10,163 nucleotides of DNA, from positions 1-10,163 of the forward strand of contig JAZDCZ010000074.1 in the NCBI GenBank assembly GCA_036679605.1. The letters run 5' to 3'. Positions 7,696 through 10,163 of the stretch are shown here, piece by piece; position 1 is the first letter of the stretch, and every line of letters starts with the position of its first letter. Origin of the DNA: Gemmatimonadota bacterium. Lineage in GTDB: Bacteria; Gemmatimonadota; Gemmatimonadetes; Gemmatimonadales; GWC2-71-9. The position numbers and the translations under genes were made by a program. The notes below the pieces were generated by a model. It saw only the letters and a list, made by a program, of their open reading frames with translations. It had not been told where the DNA came from and made no database searches.

Positions 7696-7783
7696 GCCCA
7701 ACGCTGGGCGTCAGCCGCTGACGGAAGCGGGAGCGAGGAACGAGCATCCGCTATAGGCAGTCGGCTGCACGCCGATGTTAGGC
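7696..7783 (-). other. attC site (88 bp) of cassette 1
   Basis: Minus strand: GCCTAAC-ATCGGCGTGCAGCCG...CGGCTGACGCCCAGC-GTTGGGC. The arms GGCGT(G)CAGCCG and CGGCTGACGCC pair with the characteristic single extra base. Confidence 0.93.
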
Positions 7784-7795
7784 CGCAGGTGTGCA

Positions 7796-8467
7796 CTACA
7801 CGTTGATCCCCAAGTCGCTAAAATGTACGGTCTTTCCGGAAACGTATTCCGAGAGAAATTCATCCGAAAAAGTGTACTTAAAGCTGTGGAGGACCTTCGC
7901 TCTTTTCATGTTGCTGGCCTTCACGTAGATGTCGAACCTGTACTCACCTTCAGCAAGGGCGAACGGCGGTTTCCCTTCTGGAATGACGAACAGAATCGAC
8001 TTTACGATGACCTTCTTTGATTCAAGCGGGAAACTGCTGAACGTACCGATGGTGTTGTCGGCATGCAGGTAGTGCCTGCCCTGCCAGAATTTCAACTGGT
8101 CAATCTCTAGCGTCGGGTGAAGAACTGCGAACTGGCCGTCGGCTGTACGTACCAGCTTGAGGGCAATCCACTCGACTACACCCTCTGCATACCCGGTGTT
8201 GACGAACGACAACGGAAGTATCACCGTCAACTCTGCGTGTACCGGTCGTGCCTGCGCAAGGATAACCTCGGCCCCAAACACCGCTAGCGAAAACTCGAAC
8301 AACTCGTTCTTGAACGCTGACAATATGGCTACCGCCAATGAGGCAATCGACAGGCCGAGCGGAAGCCAAAGGGCAGCATTGTCGCCTCCTCGAATCACGA
8401 ATGCTCCGACAAGTGCCGCGGCCACAATGCCGGAAACGGTCAGGAACAATCGGTGTGGGAAGCGCAT
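7796..8467 (-). CDS. Cassette 1: hypothetical membrane protein (two N-terminal TM helices, beta-rich C-terminal domain)
   Basis: The 223-aa ORF fills the attI-attC interval, with GAGGTG just upstream of the ATG. Hydrophobic segments are LFLTVSGIVAAALVGAFVI and LWLPLGLSIASLAVAILSAF. Confidence 0.85.
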   Translation of the reverse strand: MRFPHRLFLTVSGIVAAALVGAFVIRGGDNAALWLPLGLSIASLAVAILSAFKNELFEFSLAVFGAEVILAQARPVHAELTVILPLSFVNTGYAEGVVEWIALKLVRTADGQFAVLHPTLEIDQLKFWQGRHYLHADNTIGTFSSFPLESKKVIVKSILFVIPEGKPPFALAEGEYRFDIYVKASNMKRAKVLHSFKYTFSDEFLSEYVSGKTVHFSDLGINV

Positions 8468-8497
8468 GTCACCTCGTTGAGTGCTGTGTGGATCGCG

Positions 8498-8520
8498 GCC
8501 TAACTATTATCTGACCCGCC
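8498..8520 (-). other. attI recombination site (core GTTAGGC, 8504-8498)
   Basis: The minus strand reads GGGTCAGATAATA-GTTAGGC between intI and the first cassette gene, with no upstream inverse core. GTTAGGCCGC is complementary over 10 bp to GCGGCCTAAC at the first attC (7786-7777), as expected for an integrated cassette. The upstream boundary is approximate. Confidence 0.82.
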
Positions 8521-8548
8521 CCCGCCTCGGGCTATCACACACATGGTC

Positions 8549-8626
8549 TTGGGCGAGCAGTACACACCCTTCTATACTCCAACAGCTTGGCCTGGCGCAA
8601 GGCAAGGACGCTGAAGATGATATGCT
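8549..8626 (+). promoter_or_regulatory. Candidate intI promoter(s)
   Basis: TTGGGC(8549-8554)-18 nt-TATACT(8573-8578), and an extended -10 TG-A-TATGCT (8618-8626). Motif match only. Confidence 0.33.
8571..8600 (-). promoter_or_regulatory. Candidate cassette promoter Pc
   Basis: Minus strand TTGCGC(8600-8595)-18 nt-TATAGA(8576-8571) points toward attI. The -10 is imperfect. Confidence 0.25.
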
Positions 8627-8645
8627 GCGGAGTTATGCCGCCACG

Positions 8646-9605
8646 ATGAAGGCGCGGCTACTTGACCAGGTACGGGCTACGATCCGGGCGAAGCATTACA
8701 GCTACCGGACCGAGAAAACGTACGTTCAATGGGTTCGGCGCTTCGTTCTGCATCACGGCAAACGTCACCCGGCTCAGATGGGAGAGGACGAAGTGCGAGA
8801 CTTTCTGACACACCTGGCAGTCAAGCGGCAGGTGGCCGCAAGTTCGCAGAATCAGGCACTTGCCGCGATCCTTTTTCTCTATCGAGAGGTGCTTCGGCTC
8901 GAGATAGGCTGGATCGACGGAGTCGTGCGGGCAAAGCGACCGTCACGAATCCCGGTCGTACTGACGCGGGCGGAGGTTCGATCGGTTTTCAAGCACCTGC
9001 GCGGCACACCGCACCTGGCGGTGGGTTTGCTCTACGGCGGTGGTCTTCGCCTGACCGAATGCCTCGGACTTCGCGTGAAAGACATCGACTTCGAGTACGG
9101 CCAGGTCCTCGTCCGTGATGGAAAAGGACAAAAGGACCGTGCAACGATTCTGCCCGGCGCGGTCCGTGATGCACTACTTGCTCATCTGAGAGAAGCGAAG
9201 CGGCTACACGAGCGCGACCTTGCTCTGGGCTTCGGACGTGTTCCCCTCCCCTTCGCCCTCGCTCGAAAACACCCAAACGCGGACCGAGAGTGGGGTTGGC
9301 AGTTTGTGTTCCCGGCATCCAGGCATTGCACCGACCCACGGACCGGCAAGACGGTGCGGTTCCATCTCGTCGACAGCGCAGTTCAGAAAGCTGTTAAAGA
9401 AGCTGTCCGCCGCTCCGGAATCGCGAAACCGGCGAGCTGCCACACCTTCCGCCACAGCTTCGCCACCCACCTACTCGAGGACGGCTACGACATCCGAACC
9501 GTTCAACAGTTGCTCGGTCATCGCGACCTCAGAACGACAATGATCTACACGCACGTACTTAGACGCGGCAGCCTAGCGGTACGCAGCCCTCTCGATAACC
9601 GCTGA
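8646..9605 (+). CDS. intI: Integron integrase (tyrosine recombinase, IntI family)
   Basis: The N-terminus [33 protein letters not shown] is typical of IntI. Catalytic motifs are [40 protein letters not shown] and TTMIYTH. The IntI-specific insertion [23 protein letters not shown] is present. Start placed at ATG 8646 (ATG 8622 is possible); the ORF-track start at 8481 runs through attI. Confidence 0.97.
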   Translation: MKARLLDQVRATIRAKHYSYRTEKTYVQWVRRFVLHHGKRHPAQMGEDEVRDFLTHLAVKRQVAASSQNQALAAILFLYREVLRLEIGWIDGVVRAKRPSRIPVVLTRAEVRSVFKHLRGTPHLAVGLLYGGGLRLTECLGLRVKDIDFEYGQVLVRDGKGQKDRATILPGAVRDALLAHLREAKRLHERDLALGFGRVPLPFALARKHPNADREWGWQFVFPASRHCTDPRTGKTVRFHLVDSAVQKAVKEAVRRSGIAKPASCHTFRHSFATHLLEDGYDIRTVQQLLGHRDLRTTMIYTHVLRRGSLAVRSPLDNR

Positions 9606-9639
9606 AACATCAGAGGACTAGATCGAGCGGCCATCGAAC

Positions 9640-9744
9640 CGTGCCGTCCTGACGCTACGAGCAGCCGGCAGGTTGCGTTTGGCACCCGCGCTTCCGCGGT
9701 GCCAAACGGAGTCTGCCGGTTGCCTCTTCGTCAGCCGTGGCACG
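9640..9744. repeat. Long imperfect inverted repeat between convergent genes (terminator-like or REP-like)
   Basis: Nested arms are CGTGCC/GGCACG, CTGACG/CGTCAG, GCAGCCGGCAG/CTGCCGGTTGC, CGTTTGGCAC/GTGCCAAACG and CGCG/CGCG around a CTTC loop (9691-9694). Confidence 0.85.
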
Positions 9745-9760
9745 ACTGCGATCGCCCGCG

Positions 9761-10163
9761 CTACCCCGCCAGATCCCTCGCCGTCAACTCCGCCACCGAC
9801 TCACGCCGCCCTGACGCCAGCTTGGACATGATTTCCTTGACCGGCGCCTGGCACTCGCCGGGTAGACTTTCGTGATCGACTTTGCCGCCGCCGCGTAACA
9901 CCTCGACGATCCAATCGACCGTCACGCTGTCGGGAGCAAAGGCAAGTACAAGCTCTTCGTCTGCCGGCCCGGTCGAGCGCACCAGCCCGACCGCCGTAAG
10001 ATCCTTGACCACCGCGTGTACTCTGCCCACCGGCACGTCCAAGGTCGCGGCAAGTTGGTCGAAGGTCACCGCATCGGTGTGACGGATCGACGCACGAGCG
10101 AGTTCTGCGACCATCGCCAAGCCGATGTACTCGCGCAGCGCGAAACTATCCATGCTCACAGTG
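9761..10163 (-). CDS. 3' end of a gene with an Rrf2-like winged-helix domain, probably a YihY/BrkB-family membrane protein
   Basis: VTFDQLAATLDVPVGRVHAVVKDLTAVGLV...LAFAPDSVTVDWIVEVL and the terminal LTARDL match the Rrf2-like pattern, without Fe-S cysteine clusters. The frame is open to the window edge. The YihY fusion is inferred from known architectures. Confidence 0.62.
   Translation of the reverse strand, partial: TVSMDSFALREYIGLAMVAELARASIRHTDAVTFDQLAATLDVPVGRVHAVVKDLTAVGLVRSTGPADEELVLAFAPDSVTVDWIVEVLRGGGKVDHESLPGECQAPVKEIMSKLASGRRESVAELTARDLAG

Larger units (their letters stand above)
148..9605. mobile_element. Integron (intI + attI + cassette array; the array continues beyond the left edge)
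   Basis: intI is divergent from co-oriented single-gene units, each bounded by RYYYAAC...GTTRRRY imperfect palindromes. Confidence 0.95.

Noticed and set aside
7686..7796. 324-aa version of the cassette 2 protein
   Set aside because: The first 37 codons are attC sequence from the previous cassette, and the signal peptide starts at ATG 7685. Kept only as a coupling hypothesis.
8481..8645. N-terminal extension of IntI in the 374-aa ORF call
   Set aside because: It overlaps attI and the promoter region and has no IntI-like sequence; the recognisable protein begins at MKARLLDQV.

Overview
Complete integron platform with the start of its cassette array. An integron integrase (intI, + strand, likely 8646..9605) is divergent from an attI site (~8498-8520), and the cassettes read on the minus strand. 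In array order they are: (1) a 223-aa two-TM hypothetical protein; (2) a ~287-aa secreted hypothetical protein; (3) a ~763-779-aa multi-TM HerA/FtsK-superfamily (DUF87-like) ATPase; (4) a 1114-aa KAP-family P-loop NTPase; (5) a 5'-truncated methyltransferase-like remnant, apparently fused to the KAP cassette by a deletion through an attC; (6) a PIN-domain toxin running off the left edge. Four intact attC sites (7696-7783, 6681-6814, 4110-4189, 148-279) and one half attC (~549-598) are visible. Downstream of intI are a ~105-bp imperfect palindrome and the 3' end of a convergent gene with an Rrf2-like winged helix (probably YihY/BrkB family), which suggests a chromosomal integron. The best novelty candidate is the stand-alone membrane-anchored HerA-like ATPase cassette beside a giant KAP NTPase cassette; both are plausible anti-phage systems. 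Family assignments come from motif recognition only; no database searches were run.
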